Shown here one piece after another: positions 41,331-51,367 of a stretch of DNA of 64,000 nt (the first letter of the stretch is position 1; each line of letters begins with the position of its first letter). The notes under the pieces were generated by a model. That model was not told the origin of the DNA. It did no database searches and saw nothing but the letters and a program-made list of their open reading frames with translations. This stretch comes from Gammaproteobacteria bacterium (GTDB lineage Bacteria > Pseudomonadota > Gammaproteobacteria > GCA-001735895), in NCBI GenBank assembly GCA_050298595.1, contig JBNKUM010000067.1:2976-66975 (forward strand). Reading direction: 5' to 3'. The position numbers and the translations under genes are program-made.

Positions 41331-43027
41331 TGGCACAGCCTGTGTGAAAACCCTACTTAGGAGTATAATAAGTCATTCAAATAGACAGGTGAAACAATGA
41401 CTGGATTCATTGAAGGCGTAGCCAGAATACAAGCCACCTTATTTCCTGAATTACTTGACGATTACATCAGCGAAGAAAATCCCGTTCGCGTTATTGATGC
41501 CTTTGTCGATAATCTTGACCTCGATAAATTGGGTTTCAAAACCTACCCAGCAATAACCGGTCGTCCTGGTTACCACCCATCCAGCATGCTCAAGCTGTTT
41601 ATCTACGGTTACCTCAATCGTATCCAGTCTTCTCGTCGTTTAGAAAGGGAGTCGGGGCGTAATGTCGAGTTAATGTGGTTACTCGGTCGTCTATCTCCCG
41701 ACTTTAAAACCATAGCTGACTTTAGAAAAGATAATGGTAAAGGCATTAAAAATACCTGTCGAACCTTTATCGATTTGTGCAGACAATTAAATATGTTCAC
41801 CGATGCTATTGTCGCCATTGATGGCAGTAAATTTAAAGCAGTCAATAGTAAAGAAAATAATTACACACCCAAGAAACTACAATTTCATATAGACCGGGTT
41901 GAGAAGCATATCGAAGACTATTTACAACAACTCGATACCGCTGACAGGGCAGAAAAACCAGAGACTGATGGCAGGTCTATCGAAGATAAAATCACCTGGC
42001 TTAAGAAAAGACTCGCTGAGTTAAAGGCACTGGAAGGTGAGGTGGACAATCATCCTGACAAACAACTATCAACAACGGATCCGGACTCTCGATTAATGAA
42101 AACACAAGGGATGACCAGAGTGGTTTGTTACAATGTACAAACGGCCGTTGACCCCAAAAACCACCTGATTGTAGCCCATAAGGTAACGAATACACCTGAT
42201 CGTGGACAACTCTGCGGTGTAGGTAAACTGGCTCAAGACGCACTGGATACTAAAGGGATCACTGTTATTGCTGACAAAGGTTATTACAGTGGCCAGGATA
42301 TCAAAGATGCTCAGGATGCGGGTATGACGGTACTTGTACCCAAAGGTGATACTTCTGGCAGCGAGAAAAAAGGCATATTTAACCGATCCCGGTTCGAATA
42401 CGATGCAGAGCAAGATAGATATATTTGCCCCGCCAAACAAGAGTTATCCTATCGATTCACTTCGGTTGAGAAAGGACTATCGTTAAAGAAGTATTGGGCC
42501 TATGAACCCACTTGTAGGGCTTGCTCGATGAAACCACAATGCTCTAACAGTAATCAGGCTCGTAGAATCACTCGTTGGGTTCATCAGGATAGATTGGATC
42601 AAATGGACAAGTTACTCTCTTCTCAGCCAGAGTGCATGCTCATCAGAAAGCAAACCGTTGAACACCCTTATGGCACGATTAAATGCTGGATGGGATCAAC
42701 TCATTTTTTAACGAGACAATTCAAAAATGTCAGCACCGAAATGAGTCTGCATGTTTTGGCTTACAATTTAAAACGCATGATGTCGTTATTTGGACAGGCT
42801 GGATTAGTCGCCGCAATGACAAAGGTATAGGGATTAATGGCCCATAGTAATTGCATCTATAAAATACGTCGATATGACGTGTTTATTCTTTTGTGTAAGC
42901 CAGACAATTTTCTTATTCATAAAAAGGACTCTGAAAATAAGGAAGCTCAGGACTTAGCATAAGAAGTCTGAATAATGACTGGAGGACGAAATTATTAAGA
43001 TAATAGTTTTTACACAGCCTGGGCACA
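41331..43027 (+). mobile_element. IS1182-family insertion sequence
   Basis: Imperfect ~21-bp terminal inverted repeats: tggcacagcctgtgtgaaaac (41331-41351) versus the reverse complement of gtttttacacagcctgggcac (43006-43026), 16/21 matches by hand. They flank a single transposase ORF. Confidence 0.75.
41397..42830 (+). CDS. IS1182-family DDE transposase
   Basis: 477 aa, uninterrupted. N-terminal pattern LFPELLDDYISEENPVRVIDAFV...GRPGYHPSSMLKLFIYGYLNRIQSSRRLERE is typical of IS1182/IS5-like transposases. Confidence 0.85.
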   Translation: MTGFIEGVARIQATLFPELLDDYISEENPVRVIDAFVDNLDLDKLGFKTYPAITGRPGYHPSSMLKLFIYGYLNRIQSSRRLERESGRNVELMWLLGRLSPDFKTIADFRKDNGKGIKNTCRTFIDLCRQLNMFTDAIVAIDGSKFKAVNSKENNYTPKKLQFHIDRVEKHIEDYLQQLDTADRAEKPETDGRSIEDKITWLKKRLAELKALEGEVDNHPDKQLSTTDPDSRLMKTQGMTRVVCYNVQTAVDPKNHLIVAHKVTNTPDRGQLCGVGKLAQDALDTKGITVIADKGYYSGQDIKDAQDAGMTVLVPKGDTSGSEKKGIFNRSRFEYDAEQDRYICPAKQELSYRFTSVEKGLSLKKYWAYEPTCRACSMKPQCSNSNQARRITRWVHQDRLDQMDKLLSSQPECMLIRKQTVEHPYGTIKCWMGSTHFLTRQFKNVSTEMSLHVLAYNLKRMMSLFGQAGLVAAMTKV

Positions 43028-43154
43028 TACCTCCCTTTGCACGGCACATCTTGAACGTCCTCAATTGCATCCCTGTCCCCCACCACCGCCGGGGAGATAC
43101 AAAATCAAACGCAGATGTGCAATCCAGGTATATTTATATCCCTAAACTATTGGC

Positions 43155-43200
43155 TTGACATTGGAGTAAACTGGAATAGTATATCTGGATATCCGTATAT
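43155..43200 (+). promoter_or_regulatory. Putative sigma70 promoter plus palindromic ArsR/SmtB-type operator
   Basis: TTGACA (43155-43160), 16-nt spacer, TAGTAT (43177-43182). A 20-bp imperfect palindrome atatctggatatccgtatat (43181-43200, 16/20 self-complementary) overlaps the -10 region and ends 24 nt before the regulator ATG. Confidence 0.5.
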
Positions 43201-43224
43201 GCGTATTACCACAACAGATCTACT

Positions 43225-43566
43225 ATGAATGAATTCTTTAAAGTTCTGGCCGATGAGACAAGATTAAGGTGTCTGGCATTAATTTTTGAAAACGATGAGC
43301 TTTGTGTATGTGAATTAATACATGCGCTGGATCTACCGCAATCTAAAATATCGCGTCATTTATCCATCATCAAGTTGAATAATCTAATCACCCAGAGGCG
43401 TGAAGGTCAATGGGTGTTATATTCAAAAGAACCGACGTTATCAGACTTCAAGACAGGTTTGATCAAAATGACTATCGATGAGTTAAGTAAAACCAGCATC
43501 TTCAAGCAGGATAAGAAAAGATTAGCCACTATGAATAATCGACCAGCCTTGAGTTGCTGTAAGTAA
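43225..43566 (+). CDS. ArsR/SmtB-family metalloregulator
   Basis: 113 aa. ELCVCEL matches the As(III)-binding CVC site of ArsR. HTH region: QSKISRHLSIIKLNNLI. Confidence 0.85.
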   Translation: MNEFFKVLADETRLRCLALIFENDELCVCELIHALDLPQSKISRHLSIIKLNNLITQRREGQWVLYSKEPTLSDFKTGLIKMTIDELSKTSIFKQDKKRLATMNNRPALSCCK

Positions 43567-44519
43567 TGTTTGAGTTATTAGCCGACTTGATAGCCTACCA
43601 ATTACTGGGCCTTTCGACAGAATCCCAGTTTGGACAGAGCATGCACTTTTTTGTTATGGATGTAACCAAAATCTTCTTCATGCTGATTGCAGTTATTTAT
43701 GTGATGGGTTTATTTCGCTCCTTTGTTTCTGCGGAAAGAGTCAGGGATTATGTACGCGGAAAATCAAGCTTAGTCGCCAGGATTTTAGCAATATTTCTGG
43801 GAGCGATTACCCCTTTTTGCTCCTGTTCATCGGTTCCTTTATTTATCGGTTTTGTAGAAGCAGGTATACCGCTAGGCGTCACCTTTTCTTTTCTGATTGC
43901 CAGTCCGATGATTAATGAAATCGCGGTCGTGATGCTGTGGGGAATTGTCGGTTGGAAAATCACCGTGTTGTATGTAGTGTCGGGTATGTTCGCCGCATTT
44001 TTTGGCGGCATGGTGATGGAAAAATTCAAACCCGAAAGATGGGTTGAAGATTATGTGTGGAAAATCAAGGTGGGTGAGGCTGCAAGATTAGAGCAGGATA
44101 ACTCACTCAAAGCGAGACATTATTATGCTTATGCACAGGTCGATGAAATTGTCACGCGTATCTGGAAGTGGGTAATCCTGGGGGTTGGTGCAGGAGCCTT
44201 ATTTCATGGCTATTTTCCAGAAGCATGGGCTACAAACCTAAGCGATAGTAATAATTTCTTCGCGGTACCGATGGCAGTGCTTATCGGCGTTCCGCTCTAC
44301 TCGAATGCTGTTGGTGTTATCCCCTTAGCCGAAGCGATGTTGTTAAAAGGTGTTGCGATTGGAACAACGCTCAGTTTTATGATGAGTATTGCGGCCATAT
44401 CATTGCCAGAATTATTGATTCTAAAGAAGGTCATAAAATGGCAGGCTCTGGCACTATTTACTGCTATAGTGGCTATATCAATTATTTTAGTTGGCTGGTT
44501 TTTTAATATTATTCTGTGA
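43566..44519 (+). CDS. Permease of the UPF0718/ArsP-like family
   Basis: 317 aa, polytopic. Conserved TPFCSCSSVPLF motif. Start overlaps the regulator stop (TAATG). Confidence 0.7.
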   Translation: MFELLADLIAYQLLGLSTESQFGQSMHFFVMDVTKIFFMLIAVIYVMGLFRSFVSAERVRDYVRGKSSLVARILAIFLGAITPFCSCSSVPLFIGFVEAGIPLGVTFSFLIASPMINEIAVVMLWGIVGWKITVLYVVSGMFAAFFGGMVMEKFKPERWVEDYVWKIKVGEAARLEQDNSLKARHYYAYAQVDEIVTRIWKWVILGVGAGALFHGYFPEAWATNLSDSNNFFAVPMAVLIGVPLYSNAVGVIPLAEAMLLKGVAIGTTLSFMMSIAAISLPELLILKKVIKWQALALFTAIVAISIILVGWFFNIIL

Positions 44520-44527
44520 GGTGAAAA

Positions 44528-44794
44528 ATGATAGAAGTTAAGGTTTTAGGTTCTGGTTGTGCTAATTGTAAAAACACACAAAAGTTGATCGAAGAGGTTA
44601 CCGATGAAAATGGCATAGCCATAAACCTGCAGAAGGTAGAGGATATGGCTGAGATAATGTCGTATGGCATTATGTCAACGCCGGGTGTCATCGTTGATGG
44701 TAAAATAGCTCACGCAGGTGGCGTGCCAGATAAAAAAACAATCCTGTCCTGGTTTAAGGCATCCTGTTGCCCAGGTGATGATAATTGCTGTTAG
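44528..44794 (+). CDS. Small thioredoxin-fold protein (redox-active disulfide protein 2 type) with Cys-rich tail
   Basis: 88 aa with a CxxC motif (GSGCANCK) and STPGVIVDG. The tail SCCPGDDNCC is unusual. Confidence 0.7.
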   Translation: MIEVKVLGSGCANCKNTQKLIEEVTDENGIAINLQKVEDMAEIMSYGIMSTPGVIVDGKIAHAGGVPDKKTILSWFKASCCPGDDNCC

Positions 44795-44804
44795 TTAAAA
44801 AAAT

Positions 44805-44927
44805 TTACCACAGAGGGTTAAAAAAGGTGTTCTTAAAATTAAGGAACATTTCAAAATTCTGATAACTAGTGAATTTAAATGGCAATATTACGCTAATAGC
44901 CCTTCTCTGTGTCCTCTCTGTGGTTTT
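44805..44927. repeat. REP-like element (CCACAGAG variant)
   Basis: ttaccacagaggg ... ccttctctgtgtcctctctgtggtttta. The termini are inverted. Related to the hairpin at 63897-63952. Confidence 0.55.
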
Positions 44928-44935
44928 AAAAGCTT

Positions 44936-47001
44936 TTATAGGTTGTTCCGTAACCCTTCAATAGCCAATTTAAACTCATTAATGTCAGTAACGGGTTCAC
45001 GGCAGATCATGCCTTCGCAAAGATATGCTGATACCTGATCATTAATCGGTTTCTTATCATGGAATATGTCTGAAACTTCTGCCTGTTCGTCTACTGGAAA
45101 ACACAGAACATCAGGCAGGTAATATTGGTTAACTATCTGCTGCCATTCCTTTATTGCCTTGTGCTCACCACGAAGAATGACAATGGTAACAGAGTGAAGA
45201 TGGATATCGACCGCATTAAGCATAGAGGCATAGGCTATTGGTTGTTTGGCCAGCTGTAAAGAAGCTGCGCTTATGGTTTTTTCTGCGACATCAAGATAAC
45301 GGGGTTCAGTGCACAGATAACCCAGATAGTATAAAGCCTGAGCAGCAATCGCGTTGCCAGAAGGCATGGCATCATCATTAAATGTCTGGCTGCGCAGAAT
45401 CAGGTTTTCATGGTCATTGCGGGTGAAATAAAACCACCACTTTTCTTATTGGCAAAATCATCGATTAGGCTATCTGCCAGTTCAACACACCATGTAAATA
45501 TATCTTTATCCCATTTTGCCTGTAGCGCTTCGATACAGCTGAGCAACAAGTAGGCGTAATCATCCAGATAGGCATTCAGATGAGCCTTGCCATCTTTCCA
45601 GGTTGCAAGCAATCGGCCATCATGCCAGATATATTGGCGCACAAAGTCGAGTGCGCGGAATGCAGATTTTGCATAGTCAGGACGATTGAGTATACGTGCG
45701 GCAATCAACATGCCACGTATCATCAGCGCATTCCATGAGGTTAGTACCTTGTCATCGGTGCCAGGTTTGATACGCCGATTACGGTGTTCAAACAATTGAT
45801 GACGCGAGCTTTCCAGTGATTCAATTATTTCAACTTCTTTCAGGCCGAATTTTTGACTGAGTTGTGTGTAGGTACGGTAGATGTGCGGATACCAGCTACC
45901 CTCAAAATTCGCTGGGCGATCCAGTCCGTAGGTTTTTATAAAAATATCAAACTCAAATTCGGATAGCAGGTGCTTAACCTCCTCTACCTGCCAGATATAA
46001 TATTTACCTTCCTCACCTTCAGAATCTGCATCCTGTGAGGAATAGTAACCACCCGCAGGTGATTGCATTTCACGCATAAGCCAGTCAGCGGTTAGAGATA
46101 TTGCCCGTTCATAATAGTGGTTTCGTCGTAGTTGATTAGCCCAGACATATATCGGCATCAACTGTCCATTGTCATAAAGCATTTTTTCAAAGTGCGGTAT
46201 CATCCATTGATCGTCAGTAGAGTATCGACAGAAGCCGCCGCCAATCTGATCGAATAAACCACCCTGAGCCATTTTTTCTGCTGTAAATAAACCGGCCTCA
46301 AGTAAGTTAGCATAATCACTCCCATAGAGTGAAAACTGACGCAGACAGCGTTCAACAAAACAGGCATGTGGGAACTTGGGTCTAGGCGTAAAGCCGCCAT
46401 CATCCGCATCGAATTGCTCCAGCAATTGTTGGGACATTACTGCAAAAATATTATCGCTTAACTCGGCCTGATGCTTCGCTGGTTGATTGATATGTTGCAG
46501 TTGTTCAAGTAACGACCGGTTTTGAAATTCGATATCGTTGCGTTTTGTATTATAGGCATTGTGCACAGCCTGAATAATGGACCTGAAAGATTGCATGCCA
46601 TAACGTTCCTGCGGTGGAAAGTAGGTACCCGCAAGAAAAGGCGTCTGGTCATCTGGCATCAGGAACAGGGTTAGTGGCCAGCCACCGCCGCGATGGGTTA
46701 ATACTTGATGCGCCAGTTGATAGATCTTGTCCAGATCCGGGCGTTCTTCACGATCAACCTTGATATTGATGAAATACTCATTCATCAATGCTGCTGTTTG
46801 TTCATCTTCGAAAGATTCATGCGCCATCACATGGCACCAGTGGCAGGCGGAATAACCAATGGATAATAGTACAGGCTTATCCTGTTCTAGAGCTAGTCTT
46901 AAGGCTTCATCTCCCCAGGGGTGCCAGTCCACAGGATTGTGTTTGTGCTGTAAAAGATAAGGACTGGTTTCATCGGCCAGTCGGTTTTCATGCGTATTCA
47001 T
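44936..47001 (-). pseudogene. Thioredoxin-domain / N-acylglucosamine-2-epimerase-fold protein (YyaL/DUF255 type) split by a -1 frameshift
   Basis: ORFs 45400..47001 (533 aa; [11 protein letters not shown] thioredoxin-like motif) and 44936..45367 are consecutive parts of one protein. Reading ggtggttttatttcaccc with one extra T restores [30 protein letters not shown]. The break lies at an A4/T4 run near 45431-45434. Confidence 0.75.
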
Positions 47002-47640
47002 GATTCAGTTTCATCCGCAGGGCCTGAACTGGAACCTTGCTGTGACTTTAAAGTTTCAGTGTGTCTTCCTGGAGGTGGCGTCCAGCCTCGTTCGCTACCA
47101 TCATGAAACTGATTGTGATCTTTTTCTAGCAGGCCGCTCAATGTGTCCATATGCTCTCTGCTATGGGAAAGAAAATCATGTTCTTTGAGACCTCTTCGTG
47201 TTCATCCTAAAGTTCATACAGATGTTCTATGCCATGATAGTCGTGTTCGTGAAACGCCATGACCATTTTCTCCACCTTAGAAGGGGTAATCCGAGAAGTT
47301 TTAAAGCCAGCGGTCCTGTTTCAACAAGGCTATCAAATAGTTCTCGAAACGCATAATCAACGCTGGCTTTTTTAGTAAATAAAGATGCCCTACATCAAAG
47401 GCTCTGGCGAGAACCTTTATGTGAGGGTGATGTCGTTTTACATGCTCAAGCAGTTCTACAGCACGATCTTTGTCATCTATGGCAACAATAAGCGATAATG
47501 TTTTACCTGGTTCTACTGAGATTACGTGATATAGAGCAATTATCGTTTTCCCTGGTTGATGAATTTTGATTCTATACCGACATACCAGCCTCAACAAAAA
47601 CAGTGCGGTTAAACCGCGCCACAGTTCGGACATATAATCT
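46998..47640 (-). pseudogene. Remnant of a KefB/KefC-type K+ efflux protein (C-terminal RCK/ancillary part only)
   Basis: ORF 47301..47633 contains IVAIDDKDRAVELLEHVKRHHPHIKVLARAFDVGH (compare KefC [34 protein letters not shown]). Downstream homology continues across frameshifts and stops. The membrane domain is absent. The old stop overlaps the yyaL-like ATG (ATGA). Confidence 0.65.
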
Positions 47641-47833
47641 ATCCATCAGTTAAAAATTGGTAAATCATGCTAGTCCTGGGGACAAAAATCGATTTGAGAG
47701 CAGGATAAAGGTAAAAAAGTATTAATTTGCAGTAAAAATAGTAAATATTTCTACTTTTGTTGTTTATTAACAGGAGTATAAGGAACGAAAAACATAAAAC
47801 AAACATGGCAGGCATTTGGCTAGGGAGATCGCA

Positions 47834-48295
47834 ATGTTACGTTTAACAGGCTTTATTCTTCTATTTCTGACTTTCAACACATGTTTCGCAGACAGGTTGT
47901 GTGACACGGGATGCCGTCTGGATATAGACTTTCCAACAGGCGGGGATATACAGGCAGTTAATGATCTGACCATTGTTTTTGGGCAGTCGGGTCTGATAAA
48001 TACTGTTGCTACCACTGTAGGCTTCGTTAACAGGGATAGTCTGGTTTTACACGCTGGCGAACGACTTTTGTTTTTACCGGGTGGCAGCTTCAACCTTGGG
48101 GAAGGCGGAAATCTGGATTATTCACAGTTAATCATTCAAAGCGATGGCGAAATTCAGTTATCAGCGATAGGTGGAACAAGAACACTCTTCATATCGGCTG
48201 GTTCAAGTTTTATCTTATCAGGAAAGGCGAGAATTGAATTTGATGCATATAACCTCATTCTTGATGGAATCCTGACCCGTGTCGACAAAGAATAG
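47834..48295 (+). CDS. Hypothetical secreted protein
   Basis: ORF 47816..48295. ATG 47834 has RBS agggagatcgcaATG and gives a signal peptide (MLRLTGFILLFLTFNTCFA). No recognised domain. Confidence 0.55.
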   Translation: MLRLTGFILLFLTFNTCFADRLCDTGCRLDIDFPTGGDIQAVNDLTIVFGQSGLINTVATTVGFVNRDSLVLHAGERLLFLPGGSFNLGEGGNLDYSQLIIQSDGEIQLSAIGGTRTLFISAGSSFILSGKARIEFDAYNLILDGILTRVDKE

Positions 48296-48420
48296 AGGTC
48301 ACAATAAAGTAGTTACCGATATAGGATATGGAATGTAGTAATAAGTCGCAGCGCTTATCTTAAAAATTAGCCTTTATACATTTCGCGACAACACTTTTTA
48401 TACAGCAGGAGTTACCACTG

Positions 48421-48834
48421 ATGAATCTATTCGCGTATGGGACATTGATGGATGAGGCCATTATGCACAATGTCTGTGGTGAGCGGTTTCAATCACGAGT
48501 GGCTACTTTATCAGGCTATATGCGCAAAAAACTATGCGGTGAGGTTTATCCAGGGATTATTAGGCAGGCCGATTCAAAGGTTAAAGGGCGGGTATATCTT
48601 GATGTGACCGCGCAGGCTTTGCAGTATCTAGACCAGTTTGAAGGTTCGTTTTATCAAAGACAGCTCGTGTCAGCTGTTTTTGATGATGGCGCAAGCATGG
48701 AGGTTGAAACTTATGTGCTAACCAAAAGCTGTGCCAAACTGCTATCTGCGGAAGACTGGAGCCTGGAAGAGTTTCTAAACCGTGATAAGCCACTATTTGT
48801 GGATAAATATGGCGGTTATGAAAAGCTGGTTTAA
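48421..48834 (+). CDS. Gamma-glutamylcyclotransferase (AIG2/GGACT-like) family protein
   Basis: 137 aa with the N-terminal family signature LFAYGTLM and a YPGI motif. Confidence 0.7.
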   Translation: MNLFAYGTLMDEAIMHNVCGERFQSRVATLSGYMRKKLCGEVYPGIIRQADSKVKGRVYLDVTAQALQYLDQFEGSFYQRQLVSAVFDDGASMEVETYVLTKSCAKLLSAEDWSLEEFLNRDKPLFVDKYGGYEKLV

Positions 48835-49050
48835 ACACAAAAACAAGCACCTTTAGGCTGAAGGCTAAACTGACCAGGCTATTTATCTTAGTGTAATAAA
48901 GTCCTTACAAATAACTTGCTAAAATCAGAATTTATCCTAGAATTCGCGCCACTTTAATATCCATCGAGGATTTATGTTATTTCGCTAACCGTGCGCTAAT
49001 TCAAAACAGCGCCGGAACTATTTTTTCTGACGTTATTTTGAGGCTCTTTA

Positions 49051-49353
49051 GTGGAACACTTAACTTCTCAGGCACTGGATCGTGTGATCCAGATGTTGAT
49101 TCATCTCTCAATTCCTGCCATCGCCTACTCAGCTGATGATGAATTTGAGAATCATTTCATGACACACAATGGTATCGAATATGCTGGTATTCCTATCAGT
49201 GTGCCTGGCTTACCGGAACACAACTACGCGGCTTTCGATGCGTTTACTTGTACAGATGGCTGTCCAGAGACAGTGCTGCCCGTATTAAAACCACCTTTCT
49301 TCCCTCGGAGCATGGAAGTCACCGAGCAGCCACGTGGTATTATCCGAGATTAA
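49051..49353 (+). CDS. Hypothetical protein (coding status uncertain)
   Basis: 100-codon ORF with a GTG start, immediately upstream of speE. No recognisable motif and no obvious RBS. Confidence 0.25.
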   Translation: MEHLTSQALDRVIQMLIHLSIPAIAYSADDEFENHFMTHNGIEYAGIPISVPGLPEHNYAAFDAFTCTDGCPETVLPVLKPPFFPRSMEVTEQPRGIIRD

Positions 49354-49370
49354 AATTGGAGAATAGACCT

Positions 49371-50225
49371 ATGAAAGAATTCGAAGAAACTTTGTACGAT
49401 GCACTGGCACAGACCTTTCGTATCGATAAGCTGTATTTTGAACATAAAACCGATCATCAGCATCTGATGATTTTCCACAATGCTTTTCTTGGTCGTGTGA
49501 TGACCCTGGACGGAGTAGTTCAAACTACGGAAAAAGATGAGTTTTTCTATCATGAAATGCTGACACATGTGCCTGTTCTGGCGCATGGTAATGTAAAAAA
49601 GGTATTGATTATTGGTGGTGGTGATGGCGGCATGCTGCGAGAAGTGTTAAAGCATGCATCTGTGGAGCAGGTTACTATGGTCGAGATTGATGACAAAGTA
49701 ATCGAGATGGCGAAACAGTATTTACCCAACCACTCAGCCGGTGCATTTGACGATGCGCGAGCTAACATTGTGATTGCCGACGGTATAGATTTTGTGCGGA
49801 ATACTGACGAATGTTTTGATGTCATTATCTCTGACAGCACCGACCCTGTGGGTCCTGGTGAAGTACTGTTTACGGATAATTTTTATTCCGCCTGTCAGAA
49901 AATCCTGAATTCAGGTGGCGTTATGGTGACACAAAATGGCGTTCCTTTTTTTCAAATGGATGAATTAATTAATACGCAGAAGCGTATGGGCGCACAATTT
50001 AAGGATCAAACCTTTTATAGCGCCGCAGTACCTACCTATTACGGTGGGATTATGACATTCGCCTGGGGTAGCGATGATGAAACACTGAGACAGCAGGATA
50101 TCAGTGTTCTTCAACAGCGGTTTATTGATAGCGGTATTAAAACCCGTTACTACACACCGCAAATTCATCAGGCATCTTTTGCTTTACCAGCATATGTACT
50201 GGATAAACTGGAGAAAAACAGTTAG
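49371..50225 (+). CDS. speE: Spermidine synthase (aminopropyltransferase)
   Basis: ATG 49371 preceded by ggag. Motifs [35 protein letters not shown]. The 5' part of ORF 49248.. is only an upstream extension. Confidence 0.9.
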   Translation: MKEFEETLYDALAQTFRIDKLYFEHKTDHQHLMIFHNAFLGRVMTLDGVVQTTEKDEFFYHEMLTHVPVLAHGNVKKVLIIGGGDGGMLREVLKHASVEQVTMVEIDDKVIEMAKQYLPNHSAGAFDDARANIVIADGIDFVRNTDECFDVIISDSTDPVGPGEVLFTDNFYSACQKILNSGGVMVTQNGVPFFQMDELINTQKRMGAQFKDQTFYSAAVPTYYGGIMTFAWGSDDETLRQQDISVLQQRFIDSGIKTRYYTPQIHQASFALPAYVLDKLEKNS

Positions 50226-51367
50226 TGAACAAACGCTCTGTCAGATATGGTGCCAGTCCCGAAGAGAATGAATATTTCCAGGGGCTAGTGTCAAAGTATG
50301 GTTCTCCTTTATTGGTCATCAGTCGTAGTAAACTGATTCAACAGTATCAGAGTCTTAAAAACTACCTGCCCGGCGTGTCGCTATATTACGCCATCAAGGC
50401 TTTTCCTCACCCTGATGTGATTCGAATTCTGGCTGAACAGGGGTGTAATTTTGATGTGGCTTCAGAAGGCGAGATTGAGTTACTTAAGCCACAGCAAATC
50501 AGTGGTCGCAAAACTATCCATACTCATCCTATTAAGAAGGAAGCTCATATCAAGGCAGCATTGCGTGGCGGCTCAACCACTTTTGTAGTGGATAATATTG
50601 ATGAACTGAAAAAAATGATTCCATTTCGACAGCGAGTCGGTGTACTACTACGAGTTAGTTTTCGCAGTGATACCGCGAGTGTCGATCTATCGCGCAAGTT
50701 TGGTTGTAGCCCCGCCCAGGTCAGGGATCTGGTATTAGAGGCACAACAGTATGATATTCATATACGTGGACTGTCATTCCATGTAGGCTCACAGAGCCTG
50801 TCTTCAAATACGCATGTCGATGCGATTCAAAAATGTGCACAACTCATTGAAGAGATTAACGAAGATATTCCGAACCCGATGAATGTACTGGATATAGGCG
50901 GAGGTTTTCCAGTGGATTATGCTCAGGAAAATCCAGATCTGGAAGGATTCTTTAAGCCGATTCAACAGGCACTGTCTGAACTGCCAGATTATCTGGACAT
51001 TATCGCTGAGCCCGGACGTTATCTGGTGGCACCTGCAGTAACCGGCATCAGCAGTGTCACCGGTATCGCCAGGCGAGGGGAGTATATGTGGTATTACCTG
51101 GACGACGGTGTATATGGTTCTTATAGTGGGCAATTGTTTGACCATGTTCTGTACCCCCTGCAAATTCCGAATGATGCCGAACCACGCACTCTATCAATTC
51201 TATCTGGACCAACCTGCGACAGCATCGATATCATCTCCGAAGATATCATGCTGCCCGACCTGCGCGAAGGCGAACTGGTTATAGGCCACATGATGGGCGC
51301 CTATTCGGCAGCCACATCGACGCATTTTAATTCATTGTCGGGTGCCAGGATTATTCTTGAGGACTAG
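50225..51367 (+). CDS. PLP-dependent ornithine/lysine decarboxylase (alanine-racemase-fold Orn/DAP/Arg decarboxylase family)
   Basis: 380 aa. YAIKAF (PLP-lysine), HVGSQ, GGGFP, EPGRYLV, GPTCDSID. GTG start overlaps the speE stop by 1 nt. Confidence 0.85.
   Translation: MNKRSVRYGASPEENEYFQGLVSKYGSPLLVISRSKLIQQYQSLKNYLPGVSLYYAIKAFPHPDVIRILAEQGCNFDVASEGEIELLKPQQISGRKTIHTHPIKKEAHIKAALRGGSTTFVVDNIDELKKMIPFRQRVGVLLRVSFRSDTASVDLSRKFGCSPAQVRDLVLEAQQYDIHIRGLSFHVGSQSLSSNTHVDAIQKCAQLIEEINEDIPNPMNVLDIGGGFPVDYAQENPDLEGFFKPIQQALSELPDYLDIIAEPGRYLVAPAVTGISSVTGIARRGEYMWYYLDDGVYGSYSGQLFDHVLYPLQIPNDAEPRTLSILSGPTCDSIDIISEDIMLPDLREGELVIGHMMGAYSAATSTHFNSLSGARIILED

Noticed and set aside
49248-49370. Upstream extension of the speE ORF
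   Set aside because: The SpeE homology starts at [10 protein letters not shown] (ATG 49371, preceded by ggag). The extension has no homology and overlaps the 49051 ORF.
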